The notes under the pieces: generated by a model
What the model saw: only the letters and a program-made list of their open reading frames with translations
The model's database searches: none
What the model was told of the DNA's origin: nothing
Translations under genes and position numbers: made by a program
NCBI GenBank assembly: GCA_963753165.1
Contig: CAVWBP010000002.1
Span: 272,301 to 336,300 of the forward strand
Length of the DNA stretch: 64,000 nt
DNA from: Thermodesulfovibrionales bacterium
Lineage (GTDB): Bacteria > Nitrospirota > Thermodesulfovibrionia > Thermodesulfovibrionales > SM23-35
Reading direction: 5' to 3'
In this document: one piece after another, positions 19,316 through 28,535 of the stretch
How positions within the stretch are numbered: position 1 is the first letter of the stretch
Layout of the letters: every line of letters starts with the position of its first letter

Positions 19316-19482
19316 AATGGGCAGGGATCAATTTCCAAATCGAAATAAACTCCCTCTGTTTCTCTGCAAATCTTTCTTTGACTTCAATGTGAGTGAAGTA
19401 TTGAAAGCTGAGACCTCCGCTTCGTCGCCGGTCTCTTCGAAGTTGCCCGTGATTTCGTTTCGGAAATCGAACCCGGCACATT
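19316..19482. repeat. Dispersed ~166-nt element, copy A (terminal inverted repeats 25/31 matched; internal hairpin GAGACC/GGTCTC)
   Basis: Aligns by eye with copies at 26605-26769 and 50510-50677; shared TAAACT(A/C)CC, TCCGCTTCGTC and CCCGTGATTT blocks. Confidence 0.85.
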
Positions 19483-19625
19483 ACTATAAGGCATGAGGAT
19501 ATAAACATTCTCCTTCTCCTTTTTTGAAAAAATGTATCTGAATAAATTTCCGATATATGTCGGGATTGTGAAAATTCGTTATTTTTGGGGGATGCGAATT
19601 ATAAATTGTGGTAAGATGAAACACC

Positions 19626-21233
19626 ATGCAGAAAGAGTTCACTGATTTTCTCATTATCGGAAGCGGTGTTGCCGGGCTCAGGGCTGCAATAGAGCTTGCA
19701 CCCTACGGCAACGTGCTTGTCGTGACAAAAGACAGACCTGCGGAAAGCAGCACAGAATATGCGCAGGGAGGAATCGCGGTCGCCCTGAGCGATGAAGATG
19801 AAGTGGGGATCCATTCTGAAGATACCCTCCGGGCGGGAGACGGCTTGTGCAGGGAAGCGGCGGTCAAGATTCTTGTGGAAGAAGGTCCCGAAAGGATACT
19901 CGAACTCATTTCGTGGGGAGCAGCGTTCGATAAAGAAGGGACAAAGCTCGACTTTACCATGGAGGCGGCGCATTCCCGGAAAAGGATTCTGCATGCCCAT
20001 GGCGATTCGACCGGCAAAGAACTGGAAAGGGTGCTGCTTACAAAAGCCAGGTCATTTGCTTCGGTCAAAAAATATCCCTTTGCGTTTACCGAGGACCTCA
20101 TTATCAGGGATGGAGTCTGCAATGGCGCCTATGTCGTAATGGGATCAGAGACAAGGGCGCTTTTTGCAAAGTCGACTGTGCTTGCGACGGGAGGCACAGG
20201 ACAGGTCTTCCTGCGGACGACAAACCCCGCTGTTGCAACAGGAGACGGGATCGCGATTGCATTCCGTGCCGGCGCAGTTATCGAAGACATGGAATTCATC
20301 CAGTTCCATCCCACTGTTCTCTTTGCGCCCTCAGCGCCCCAGTTCCTGCTCAGTGAGGCGATGAGAGGAGAAGGAGCGACCCTCAGAAATATTCACAAAG
20401 AACCATTCATGAAAAGCTATCATCCTGATGCTGAACTTGCACCCAGAGATGTCGTATCCCGGGCGATTATTTCACAAATGGTGAGAACAAAGAGTACTCA
20501 TGTCTATCTGGACCTCACCCACATGGACCCGGATTTTGTCAAAAAAAGATTCCCGAGGATCTATGCCACCTGTTTGCAATACGCCGTTGATATCACGAAG
20601 GAACTTGTTCCCGTCTCTCCTGCGGCGCATTACGTTATGGGCGGCATCAAGACCGATATGACCGGTGCAACCAGTATCGGAGGGCTTTTTGCCGCAGGAG
20701 AAGTAACCTGCACCGGGGTGCACGGAGCGAACAGGCTCGCATCCAACAGTCTGCTTGAAGGTCTGGTGTTCGGAGCCCGGACAGGACGGGCAGCAGCCCT
20801 GTATGGTATCCGGAGAACAGAGAGAGAATTATATGCCGGGAGTGAGAGGGGCCGGAAAGATGCGGGGACGGAGAAGGGGCGGGACGCTCACCCTAAGGGG
20901 AGTGGTTTTAACAGTGAGGAAATCCGGCATTTATTGCGCAAGACGATGTGGGAGAAGGTGGGCATCATACGATGCGGAAAATCCCTCTCGGAGGCGCAGG
21001 CTCAGCTGAATCAGTGGTCTTTCATTCTCAGCAGGAACTACCGAACGAGACGTGAACTGGAACTGAAAAATTTACTGACTGTAGCGCAACTTATTGCAGA
21101 AGCTGCATTCCTGAGGAAAGGGAGTGTCGGAGCCCACTACCGGTCGGACCACCCTGAAAAAGGGGAAGGATGGCTGAACCATATGAGGTTCACGAAGGAG
21201 GGAGACGGATTGAAGCATATCTTTGCTCCCTGA
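19626..21233 (+). CDS. nadB: L-aspartate oxidase
   Basis: IIGSGVAGL, YAQGGIA, EAAHSRKRILHAHGD, DMEFIQFHPT, PAAHY.MGGI, HGANRLASNSLLEG. Confidence 0.97.
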   Translation: MQKEFTDFLIIGSGVAGLRAAIELAPYGNVLVVTKDRPAESSTEYAQGGIAVALSDEDEVGIHSEDTLRAGDGLCREAAVKILVEEGPERILELISWGAAFDKEGTKLDFTMEAAHSRKRILHAHGDSTGKELERVLLTKARSFASVKKYPFAFTEDLIIRDGVCNGAYVVMGSETRALFAKSTVLATGGTGQVFLRTTNPAVATGDGIAIAFRAGAVIEDMEFIQFHPTVLFAPSAPQFLLSEAMRGEGATLRNIHKEPFMKSYHPDAELAPRDVVSRAIISQMVRTKSTHVYLDLTHMDPDFVKKRFPRIYATCLQYAVDITKELVPVSPAAHYVMGGIKTDMTGATSIGGLFAAGEVTCTGVHGANRLASNSLLEGLVFGARTGRAAALYGIRRTERELYAGSERGRKDAGTEKGRDAHPKGSGFNSEEIRHLLRKTMWEKVGIIRCGKSLSEAQAQLNQWSFILSRNYRTRRELELKNLLTVAQLIAEAAFLRKGSVGAHYRSDHPEKGEGWLNHMRFTKEGDGLKHIFAP

Positions 21234-21280
21234 CCGCCAAAATGTATTTCTCCATGACGTCATAAATAAGAACGCGTATC

Positions 21281-21317
21281 ATTCCCGCAATCCCGAAAGC
21301 TTTCGGGAGTCGGGAAT
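21281..21317. repeat. Palindromic hairpin (REP-like or bidirectional terminator) between convergent nadB and ntrX
   Basis: ATTCCCG-caa-TCCCGAAA-gc-TTTCGGGA-gt-CGGGAAT. Confidence 0.55.
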
Positions 21318-21388
21318 CCTTTCTGGAGGAAAGATGCTGGACAAGCCAGCATGACAGCATTGGTACATCCAGTTATTTTACTTTTGAA

Positions 21389-22732
21389 TTACGGCGTTTT
21401 AATATCGTAAGCCTTGATTTTCCTGTGGAGGTTGCTTCGTTCGATATCGAGGGTCTCTGCGGTTCTCGATATATTCCAGTTATTCTCCTCGAGTTTCCTT
21501 GTAATGAATTCTTTTTCAAAGGCCTCTCTCGACTCTTTCAGCGTGGTGAGGGAAAAGTAGTCTGAGCGGGTAGATTCCCCGAGTATAATATTTTTTGGGG
21601 TTATCACCTGTGCCGGGGTCATGATCACGAGGCGTTCTATCATATTCCTCAACTCCCGGATGTTGCCGGGCCAGTCATATCCCTCCAGCTTTTTCAGAGC
21701 CTCGGGAGTCATTTTTTTGGGTTTCTGCCTGTATTCGAGGGCAAAATATTCGAGGAAATATTCGACGAGCGCCGGGATATCTTCTCTTTTCTCCCTGAGT
21801 GACGGGATTACGATCGGGATGACATTCAGCCTGAAAAGGAGGTCTTCCCTGAAATTTCCTTTCTTTACCTCTTCGAAGAGATCTTTATTGGTTGCGGTGA
21901 TAATTCTCACGTCAACCTTGATGTTCCTGTTTCCTCCGACCCTCTGGAATTCCTGAGTCTCGAGAACACGAAGTACTTTTGCCTGTGTAGAAAGGGACAT
22001 ATCGCCGACTTCGTCGAGAAAGAGCGTGCCTTCATCCGCAAGCTCAAATTTCCCATTTTTCCTCTCGAACGCACCGGTGAATGAACCTTTCTCATGACCG
22101 AGCAGTTCACTTTCGATAAGTTCCTGCGGGATTGCCGCGCAGTTCATTTCGATGAACGGCTTCTTCGCTCTCGTACTCTTTTCATGCAGGATGTGAGCGA
22201 TAAGTTCTTTTCCGGAACCGCTTTCCCCGAGGATCAGGACCCTGCTGTTGCTTTTTGCAGCCATCTCGACCTGTTCAAGGAGATGGACCATTTTAGGAGA
22301 ACTTCCGATAATCCGCCACTTCCGGGTCAGATCTTCTCTCAGTGACTTATTCTCCACTTCGAGCGAATAGCGTTCAATCGCACGTTGTGCGGTGAGCACA
22401 ACCCGTTCAAGAGAGAGCGGCTTTTCCAGAAAGTCATATGCCCCCATTCTGGTGGCCTTGACGGCAAGTTCAATGTTCCCGTGGCCGGAGATCATGATCA
22501 CGGGGATATCAGGCTTCACTTCCTTCATCAGTTTGAGAGTTTCGATGCCGTCCATTCCGGTGAGCCACACATCGAGCAGGATTAAATCCGGGCTCTGTTC
22601 TTTGATGACCTTCAGGGCTTCTTCACCCGAACTCGATGCAAGGACGGCGTATCCTTCATCCTCGAAGATGCCGGCAAGACTCTCGCGGATACCCTCTTCA
22701 TCATCTACGACAAGGATCAGTGGTGACGGCAT
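21389..22732 (-). CDS. ntrX: NtrX-like sigma54 response regulator
   Basis: REC-AAA+-HTH; GESGSGKE, ESELLGHEKGSFTGA, ERSNLHRKIK; follows ntrY-like kinase. Confidence 0.85.
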   Translation of the reverse strand: MPSPLILVVDDEEGIRESLAGIFEDEGYAVLASSSGEEALKVIKEQSPDLILLDVWLTGMDGIETLKLMKEVKPDIPVIMISGHGNIELAVKATRMGAYDFLEKPLSLERVVLTAQRAIERYSLEVENKSLREDLTRKWRIIGSSPKMVHLLEQVEMAAKSNSRVLILGESGSGKELIAHILHEKSTRAKKPFIEMNCAAIPQELIESELLGHEKGSFTGAFERKNGKFELADEGTLFLDEVGDMSLSTQAKVLRVLETQEFQRVGGNRNIKVDVRIITATNKDLFEEVKKGNFREDLLFRLNVIPIVIPSLREKREDIPALVEYFLEYFALEYRQKPKKMTPEALKKLEGYDWPGNIRELRNMIERLVIMTPAQVITPKNIILGESTRSDYFSLTTLKESREAFEKEFITRKLEENNWNISRTAETLDIERSNLHRKIKAYDIKTP

Positions 22733-24748
22733 TTATCGCTCCTTTAAGGGAATCTCAAGAGAGAAGACGGTTCCCTGTGGTTCGTTCTCATGTACCCGAA
22801 TGTGCCCTTTGTGTTCAGAAACTATCCTGTGGGCTATCGCAAGCCCCAGTCCGGTACCGTTCTTCCTCGTAGAGAAATAGGGCTGAAAGAGTTTTTCCTT
22901 GTCCTCTTCCATAATCCCCGGCCCGTTGTCTGCAATATGAATATAGACGAGATTGTAAGGGATGTCAAAATCAATCGTCACCTCGATTTTCCCATGACTC
23001 TTCATCGCCTGTATCGCATTGTCAAACAGATTAATGAGTACCCTTTTGAATTGTTCCCTGTCCAGTTCGACAACCGGTGAGGAGTCGGGCGCCGAAACAT
23101 GAATTTCTATGGCCTTATAATCCTTATAGAGGCTTGAGACCTCTTCGATTACGGGAAGGAGCGGCACCGGACTTTTTGAGATTTCCGGCATTTTACCGAA
23201 CCGCGAAAATTCGTCCACAAGACGTTTCAGACTGTCTACTTCCCTGACAATTGTCTTTGCAGACCTGCTGAAGACTTCATCGAAATCTTTATCCCGGTTT
23301 TCCCACTTCTTGATCATCCGTTCCGTAGAAAGTTTGATCGGGGTGAGCGGGTTTTTGATCTCATGAGCGATCCTCCGGGCGATATCCTGCCAGGTGAGCG
23401 CCTTCTGCGCCTCTATGATCTCTGTGAGATCGTCAAAGACTACCAGCAGGCCGATATATTTCTGAGAGTCCTTGAGGCTTGTGATAAAAACGAGGAGGAT
23501 AACCCGCCTGTTCCCGATCACCGCCTTCACCTCTTTTTTCATAGGTTTGAATTCTTTCCCTTCAATGCTGCTCACAAGTTTCTGGAGTTCGGGTGAGTTT
23601 AACGTCGTGATGAGTTCCCGATAGTGCTTGTGAATGATGTTGTCCTGTTCCATCCTGAGGATCGAGCATGCGCGGTCATTGATCATCGAAATTTCGCCGG
23701 AAGTATCAAGCATAATCACCCCTGAATTGATGTTGTCGAGGATGTTTTTCATATACAGATACGCTGATTGTAATGATTCCTGCCCTGTCTTCAGCTTTTT
23801 CACCATGTCATTAAAAGAATGAGTAAGAAGCGCTATCTCGTCCTCACGTTCGAGGACAACCTGAACATCAAGGTTGCCTCCCGCAACCTGTTCTGTGGCG
23901 AGCGCGAGATTCCGGATCGGATCAGTGATGCCCCGCGCAATTCTCAGGGCGATCCACAGGGCCATGAAAGTGACTATCAGGGTAAAGAACCCGAGAAAGA
24001 GAAGATAGTTTGCCTTGATCGGTATCCGCCATGATTCAAGGGTCAGATACGTTTCATACGCTTCTTTCATATCCTCAACGTTATGGGTAATGTTCTCCGG
24101 CAGCAACGACTCGACAATGATCACCCCGTCCTTCCCCCCCTGCTGAGCATGCGGTACCACTGCGCGAATGATATCCCCCCTGCTTCCGGATATTACTTCC
24201 GTACCCTCCTTTCCTTCGAACCCGGACCGTATCGTTTCAGACGCATCTTTCGGCAGTTCGTTCAGGTATCGCACCTGATATCCCTCAGAGAGAGAAGAAC
24301 CGGAGGCAAGTGATTGTGCGTGGTCCAGCGTCTTCTGCTTTTCGATGTCATACATCGCCTTGGCTATCTCAAGGGATTTTTCCAGGGGCTGACGGATCTG
24401 CGGAGCAAACCATCTGTCGATATAGGTGGTGATGAGACCGCTTGCCATGATGAACAAGACGGTAGCAGGAATGAGGGTAAGCGTAACGAAAATCACTACG
24501 AGCTTCGTCTTGAATTTATATCCCGGGATCTTGTGTTTTCTTTCGAAATAAAGCTTGACGAGGCTCTTGATGACAAAAAACATCAAAGTCAGCAGGGCTA
24601 TGATGGTCAGATTGAGAAGCAGGAGAATGACAAGCTTTGTGGAGAAGGAAACAGAGGCGCTCTGCATATAATGCAATTCGATTCCGAACGAGGCGAAGAG
24701 CAGAAGAGACAGGACTATAAGAAAGATGGAGAACCGGATACTTTTCAT
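22733..24748 (-). CDS. ntrY: NtrY-like HAMP-PAS sensor histidine kinase
   Basis: TMs, HAMP (ITDPI..LA..T..VA.GNL), PAS, WQDIARRIAHEIKNPLTPI H-box, DNGPG, GTGLGL. Confidence 0.88.
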   Translation of the reverse strand: MKSIRFSIFLIVLSLLLFASFGIELHYMQSASVSFSTKLVILLLLNLTIIALLTLMFFVIKSLVKLYFERKHKIPGYKFKTKLVVIFVTLTLIPATVLFIMASGLITTYIDRWFAPQIRQPLEKSLEIAKAMYDIEKQKTLDHAQSLASGSSLSEGYQVRYLNELPKDASETIRSGFEGKEGTEVISGSRGDIIRAVVPHAQQGGKDGVIIVESLLPENITHNVEDMKEAYETYLTLESWRIPIKANYLLFLGFFTLIVTFMALWIALRIARGITDPIRNLALATEQVAGGNLDVQVVLEREDEIALLTHSFNDMVKKLKTGQESLQSAYLYMKNILDNINSGVIMLDTSGEISMINDRACSILRMEQDNIIHKHYRELITTLNSPELQKLVSSIEGKEFKPMKKEVKAVIGNRRVILLVFITSLKDSQKYIGLLVVFDDLTEIIEAQKALTWQDIARRIAHEIKNPLTPIKLSTERMIKKWENRDKDFDEVFSRSAKTIVREVDSLKRLVDEFSRFGKMPEISKSPVPLLPVIEEVSSLYKDYKAIEIHVSAPDSSPVVELDREQFKRVLINLFDNAIQAMKSHGKIEVTIDFDIPYNLVYIHIADNGPGIMEEDKEKLFQPYFSTRKNGTGLGLAIAHRIVSEHKGHIRVHENEPQGTVFSLEIPLKER

Positions 24749-25410
24749 TTCGTGGAACCTGCGGTGAATTGCGGGGAGTTTTTCCTGATCGAGAATTCAT
24801 TTTCCTTTACAAAAATCATGAAATAACCGATAACAGGGGGCAGTTGCCGTATTTTCGATTCGACCGTAACCCGCACATAATACGTCCCCGGCTCAAGATT
24901 GCTGATATTCGTGAGACGCTCATTTTCCAGGCTCAGTGCCCACCTGAGCATGGATTCAAACGATTTGAACCTTTTCTGGGTTACGATGCTGCCGTTGCTC
25001 GACGTAGCAACGAATTCTGTTTTTACCGGGTCCGATTTCAGCTTCCTGATGAGCTGTTTGCCCGATATGAATTCATCAGACCACATCCCCCATACCCGGT
25101 AAAGGTCGATATAGAAATGGAACTCCTTTTTCATGCCGTTCCGGAGTTCCTGGAGATATTTGTCGTCAAGGGAAAGCGTAGCGTCGACAAACAGCTCGCT
25201 GTTGCTGGTGGTGAGCGCCGGGCCTGATATTTCTGCGCCGGAGACGGGCGAAAAGGTGATGAGAAGAGCGACGAGAGGAAACAACAGGCAAAAAGGCAGT
25301 TTCAAAGCACGGAGCATCGAGAGCTTTGAAAACCTGTTCCTATGCTTGTACTTATATTGCGTATCGGAATACACTATGTGCCCTTTGATCCGGCATTTAT
25401 GGCTTGACAT
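24745..25410 (-). CDS. DUF4390-like exported protein (likely start ATG 25317)
   Basis: Signal-like segment, L..G....F...LYR..W.D pattern; position upstream of ntrY as commonly seen for DUF4390. Confidence 0.65.
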   Translation of the reverse strand: MSSHKCRIKGHIVYSDTQYKYKHRNRFSKLSMLRALKLPFCLLFPLVALLITFSPVSGAEISGPALTTSNSELFVDATLSLDDKYLQELRNGMKKEFHFYIDLYRVWGMWSDEFISGKQLIRKLKSDPVKTEFVATSSNGSIVTQKRFKSFESMLRWALSLENERLTNISNLEPGTYYVRVTVESKIRQLPPVIGYFMIFVKENEFSIRKNSPQFTAGSTK

Positions 25411-25559
25411 CTTCGGGAAAATTTATTTTCATTATAGCATAGCAAACGCAGTCATAAATCATTGGTCACGCCCGCAGGTGAAAATCTTATGGCCTTCACC
25501 AGGCCTGAATGACCGAAGATCACTGGCAAGAGATTGACAATATCTTAAGGGGGTGTCGC

Positions 25560-26042
25560 ATGGACGTAAAAGCAGTAAGCATAGAGATACCGGACGGGTG
25601 TAATATTATCCTCGGACAGACACACTTTATAAAGACCGCAGAGGACCTTTATGAGATTCTCGTAACTACCACCCCTCAGGCGAAGTTCGGGGTTGCCTTC
25701 ACCGAAGCATCGGGTCCATGCCTTATAAGGACAGAGGGGAACGATACTGAGTTGCTCTCTGTCTGTGTGAAGAACCTTAAGAGAATCGGCGCAGGGCATG
25801 TGTTCTGCATTCTCCTGAAGAATGCGTTCCCCATCAACGTCCTCAATCAGATAAAGAACTGCCCCGAGGTGTGCCGGATCTTCTGCGCGACCGCAAACCC
25901 CGTCGAAGTGGTAGTGGCTACAACGGAACAGGGGGGAGGTGTCCTCGGAGTAATAGACGGGTCTGCGCCGAAAGGGGTCGAGACCATCGAAGACAAAGGG
26001 CACCGGAAGGAATTTTTGAGGAAGATCGGCTATAAATTGTAG
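25560..26042 (+). CDS. Adenosine-specific kinase / DUF355 family
   Basis: NIILGQTHFIKTAED, FGVAFTEASGPCLIR, FPINVLNQIK..PEVCRIFCATANP, GVIDG..PKGVE. Confidence 0.9.
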   Translation: MDVKAVSIEIPDGCNIILGQTHFIKTAEDLYEILVTTTPQAKFGVAFTEASGPCLIRTEGNDTELLSVCVKNLKRIGAGHVFCILLKNAFPINVLNQIKNCPEVCRIFCATANPVEVVVATTEQGGGVLGVIDGSAPKGVETIEDKGHRKEFLRKIGYKL

Positions 26043-26072
26043 AGAAAAAGGAAAAGGAGTGAAAACGAACTC

Positions 26073-26393
26073 ATGATACCTGAACTGAAATACGACGAAA
26101 AAGGATTGATACCCGCCATCGTGCAGGATGTGGAGAATGGTGATGTTCTGATGCTGGCGTATATGAACAGCAAGTCCCTTGAGATGACCCTTGAAACAGG
26201 GTATACGCATTTCTGGTCGCGTTCGAGGCAGAAATACTGGAAAAAGGGTGAGACGTCAGGACATGTCCAGGAGGTCAAGGCAGTCCTTTACGATTGCGAT
26301 GCCGATACACTCCTGATCAAGGTGGTCCAGCATGGCCCCGGCGCCTGTCACACGGGCAACAGGACGTGTTTTTACCGGGATATTTCGAAGTAA
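26073..26393 (+). CDS. hisI: Phosphoribosyl-AMP cyclohydrolase
   Basis: [45 protein letters not shown]. Confidence 0.97.
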   Translation: MIPELKYDEKGLIPAIVQDVENGDVLMLAYMNSKSLEMTLETGYTHFWSRSRQKYWKKGETSGHVQEVKAVLYDCDADTLLIKVVQHGPGACHTGNRTCFYRDISK

Positions 26394-26406
26394 TAAGGAG
26401 GCAGAG

Positions 26407-26568
26407 ATGAGCAAATACCGCTGCAAAATATGCGGATACATCTATGACCCGGCAGAGGGAGACCCCGACGGGAATGTTCCGCCCGGCACACCGTTCGAGA
26501 ACCTGCCGGAAGACTGGAAGTGCCCGGTATGCGGTGCGGCGAAGGAGGAATTCGAGGAGATCGGGTAG
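26407..26568 (+). CDS. Rubredoxin
   Basis: [13 protein letters not shown]...PGTPFE.LP.DW.CPVCGA; RBS AAGGAG upstream. Confidence 0.96.
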   Translation: MSKYRCKICGYIYDPAEGDPDGNVPPGTPFENLPEDWKCPVCGAAKEEFEEIG

Positions 26569-26604
26569 GATTTCACTTGCCTGACCTATGAATTAATAGG
26601 CATA

Positions 26605-26769
26605 AGGGATATCGCTCAATTTACGAACCGAACTAAACTACCTTTATTTCTATGCAAACCTTTCTCTGACTGCAATGATATTGAAATATTGAAAGCTGAG
26701 ACCTCCGCTTCGTCTTCGGTCTCGTCAAAGTTACCCGTGATTTCGGTTCGCAAATTGAGCGGTATCCCT
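26605..26769. repeat. Dispersed ~166-nt element, copy B (terminal inverted repeats 27/30 matched)
   Basis: AGGGATATCGCTCAATTTACGAACCGAACT ... ATTTCGGTTCGCAAATTGAGCGGTATCCCT; hairpin 26698-26723. Confidence 0.88.
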
Positions 26770-26803
26770 ATATATTTGAACAAAAACAAACGAGCAATAA
26801 AAG

Positions 26804-27256
26804 TTACAGATATTTGATGATTGCGTGCTCGTCGCATTCAGGGAAGCGCGGGCAGCGCAGGCAGTCTCCCCATATCTTCTGAGGAAGGGTCGCCTTATCC
26901 ACGTCGGTAAAACCGAGCTTTTTGAAGAAATCAGGATGATACGTGAGCGCGAACACACGCTTGAGCCCGAGGGTTTTCGCCTCTCTGAGGCACTGCTTCA
27001 CAAGGGCTTTCCCGACGCCCCTATCCTGGAATTTCCCGTCGACAGCGAGTGAACGGATTTCGGCAAGGTCCTCCCACATGATATGGAGGGCGCAGACACC
27101 GCAGACGGTCCCGTCGATTTCGCACACGAAAAAATCCCTTACAGTCTCATACAGTTCACTGAGCGAACGAGGGATCATCTGCTCTTTTCTGGCAAAATCG
27201 TTCACCAGCTTGTGAACCTGTTTCAGGTCGGATATTTTAGTTTTTCGTATCTTCAA
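26804..27256 (-). CDS. argA: GNAT N-acetyltransferase, short ArgA type
   Basis: IPRSLSELYE..RDF, CALH..WEDLAEIRSLAV, FALTY...FF.KLGF, LPQKIW.DC..CP.FP.CDE. Confidence 0.8.
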   Translation of the reverse strand: MKIRKTKISDLKQVHKLVNDFARKEQMIPRSLSELYETVRDFFVCEIDGTVCGVCALHIMWEDLAEIRSLAVDGKFQDRGVGKALVKQCLREAKTLGLKRVFALTYHPDFFKKLGFTDVDKATLPQKIWGDCLRCPRFPECDEHAIIKYL

Positions 27257-27785
27257 TGTATTCTATCCCCTCATGAATGGCTTTTTTGTTCTGCTCGATA
27301 CTTTTCTTTCTGTCCACCGGCACCGAACTCTCCAACGCCTTAAGGAGAGAAGTTTCTTTCAGCAGCTGTGTCTTTGCAATAAATGCTCCGAGCAGCACCA
27401 TATTGGCCGATTTCGTATTCCCGATTTTATTTGCTCGTCCGGTGGCGGGTACCGCAACAGCCTTGATATCGGTCCTGAGCGATGAGTCTTTTATGAGTGA
27501 TGAGTCGAAAAGGAGCAGGCCATCCGGTTTCAGACGCGGCTGGAATTTTTCTAACGATGCGTCGTTCATTACAACGAGAGTGTCGGGGTTCATCACCACG
27601 GGAGATCCTATGAGTTCATCCGAAATTATTACGGTACAGCTTGCGGTTCCTCCCCTCACCTCTGCTCCGTAAGAGGGGAACCAGGTGACTTCTTTGCCTT
27701 CAAGCATGCCGGCATGCGCGAGTATCCTCCCGAAAAACAGTATGCCCTGGCCGCCAAAACCTCCGATGATTATCCGGTGTTTCAG
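27237..27785 (-). CDS. 2-oxoacid:acceptor oxidoreductase gamma subunit; apparent CTG start right after the beta-subunit stop
   Basis: In-frame extension of the track ORF gives LKHRIIIGGFGGQGILFFG; SYGAEVRGG, NMVLLGA motifs. Confidence 0.88.
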   Translation of the reverse strand: MKHRIIIGGFGGQGILFFGRILAHAGMLEGKEVTWFPSYGAEVRGGTASCTVIISDELIGSPVVMNPDTLVVMNDASLEKFQPRLKPDGLLLFDSSLIKDSSLRTDIKAVAVPATGRANKIGNTKSANMVLLGAFIAKTQLLKETSLLKALESSVPVDRKKSIEQNKKAIHEGIEYIEDTKN

Positions 27786-28535
27786 TTATGCACTCTCCTG
27801 GTAAGCATCCTTGAATGTCCCGAGAGGATATACCGGAATTATCTCGTTCTGTATGCGTATCTGCGAATCCTTCGGTGAAAGTTTCCAGTCGACGGGACAT
27901 GGGGAAAGTATCTCCACGAGACTGAAGCCTTTCTGCTCCATCTGGTACCTGAATGCCTTGAGAACCGCCTTCTTTGCATCGATCAGATTTTTATAGGAAT
28001 CTACAGAAGTTCTTGCGATATATGAAGCACCTTCGATTGTTGCAAGGAGTTCGGCCATGCGAAGAGGGAATCCGGCAGTTTTCGGGTCTCTTCCTGAAGG
28101 CGATGTGGCTGTCTTCTGCCCGATTAGCGTTGTAGGAGCCATCTGACCCCCGGTCATCCCGTATGTGGTATTGTTTATGAAAAATACCGTGATATCCTCC
28201 CCCCTGTTTGCCGCATGGACGATCTCAGCGGTGCCGATTGCGGCAAGGTCTCCATCGCCCTGATAGGAGAAGATAACCCTGTCGGGAAGTGTACGCTTCA
28301 GTCCTGTAGCGGCGGCCGGCGGCCTCCCGTGCGCAACTTCAAGAATGTCGAAGTTGTAATAATCGTAGGCAAACACCGCGCATCCTACGGGTGCGATCCC
28401 TATTACCCGTTCTCTGATTCCTAATTCGTCTATGCACTCGGCAATGAGCCGGTGAATCAGGCTGTGGCCGCAGCCCGGGCAGTAACGGAAGGGTTCCTGC
28501 TTAAGGCTTTCCGGTCTCTGAAATATTTTTTTCAT
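27786..28535 (-). CDS. 2-oxoacid:acceptor oxidoreductase beta (TPP-binding) subunit, VorB/KorB-like
   Basis: YCPGCGH, PVGCAVFAYDY, HGR.PAAATG, YQGDGDLAAIG, YGMTGGQMAPTT, EILSPCP. Confidence 0.92.
   Translation of the reverse strand: MKKIFQRPESLKQEPFRYCPGCGHSLIHRLIAECIDELGIRERVIGIAPVGCAVFAYDYYNFDILEVAHGRPPAAATGLKRTLPDRVIFSYQGDGDLAAIGTAEIVHAANRGEDITVFFINNTTYGMTGGQMAPTTLIGQKTATSPSGRDPKTAGFPLRMAELLATIEGASYIARTSVDSYKNLIDAKKAVLKAFRYQMEQKGFSLVEILSPCPVDWKLSPKDSQIRIQNEIIPVYPLGTFKDAYQESA

Noticed and set aside
19316-19482. Element as hammerhead ribozyme, tRNA-like RNA or CRISPR repeat
   Set aside because: A CUGAUGA-like segment is only approximate and no GAAA follows the stem; the GGTTCGATT T-loop-like motif is in one copy only; the copies are kilobases apart with no spacer array.
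25460-25515. Possible riboswitch upstream of the DUF355-hisI genes (nested GGTCA/TGACC and GGTGAA/TTCACC stems)
   Set aside because: Lacks the conserved cores of purine, ZTP and c-di-GMP aptamers, and there is no evident expression platform.
26616-26837. The dispersed element as a small-protein gene (minus-strand frame ITGNF[D/E]E..DEAEVS...GSL.RF.N* shared by copies A and B; several changes fall at third positions)
   Set aside because: No shared start or RBS, copy C breaks the frame with a stop and shift, and the compensatory stem changes are better explained by structure. An RNAcode test on more copies would settle it.
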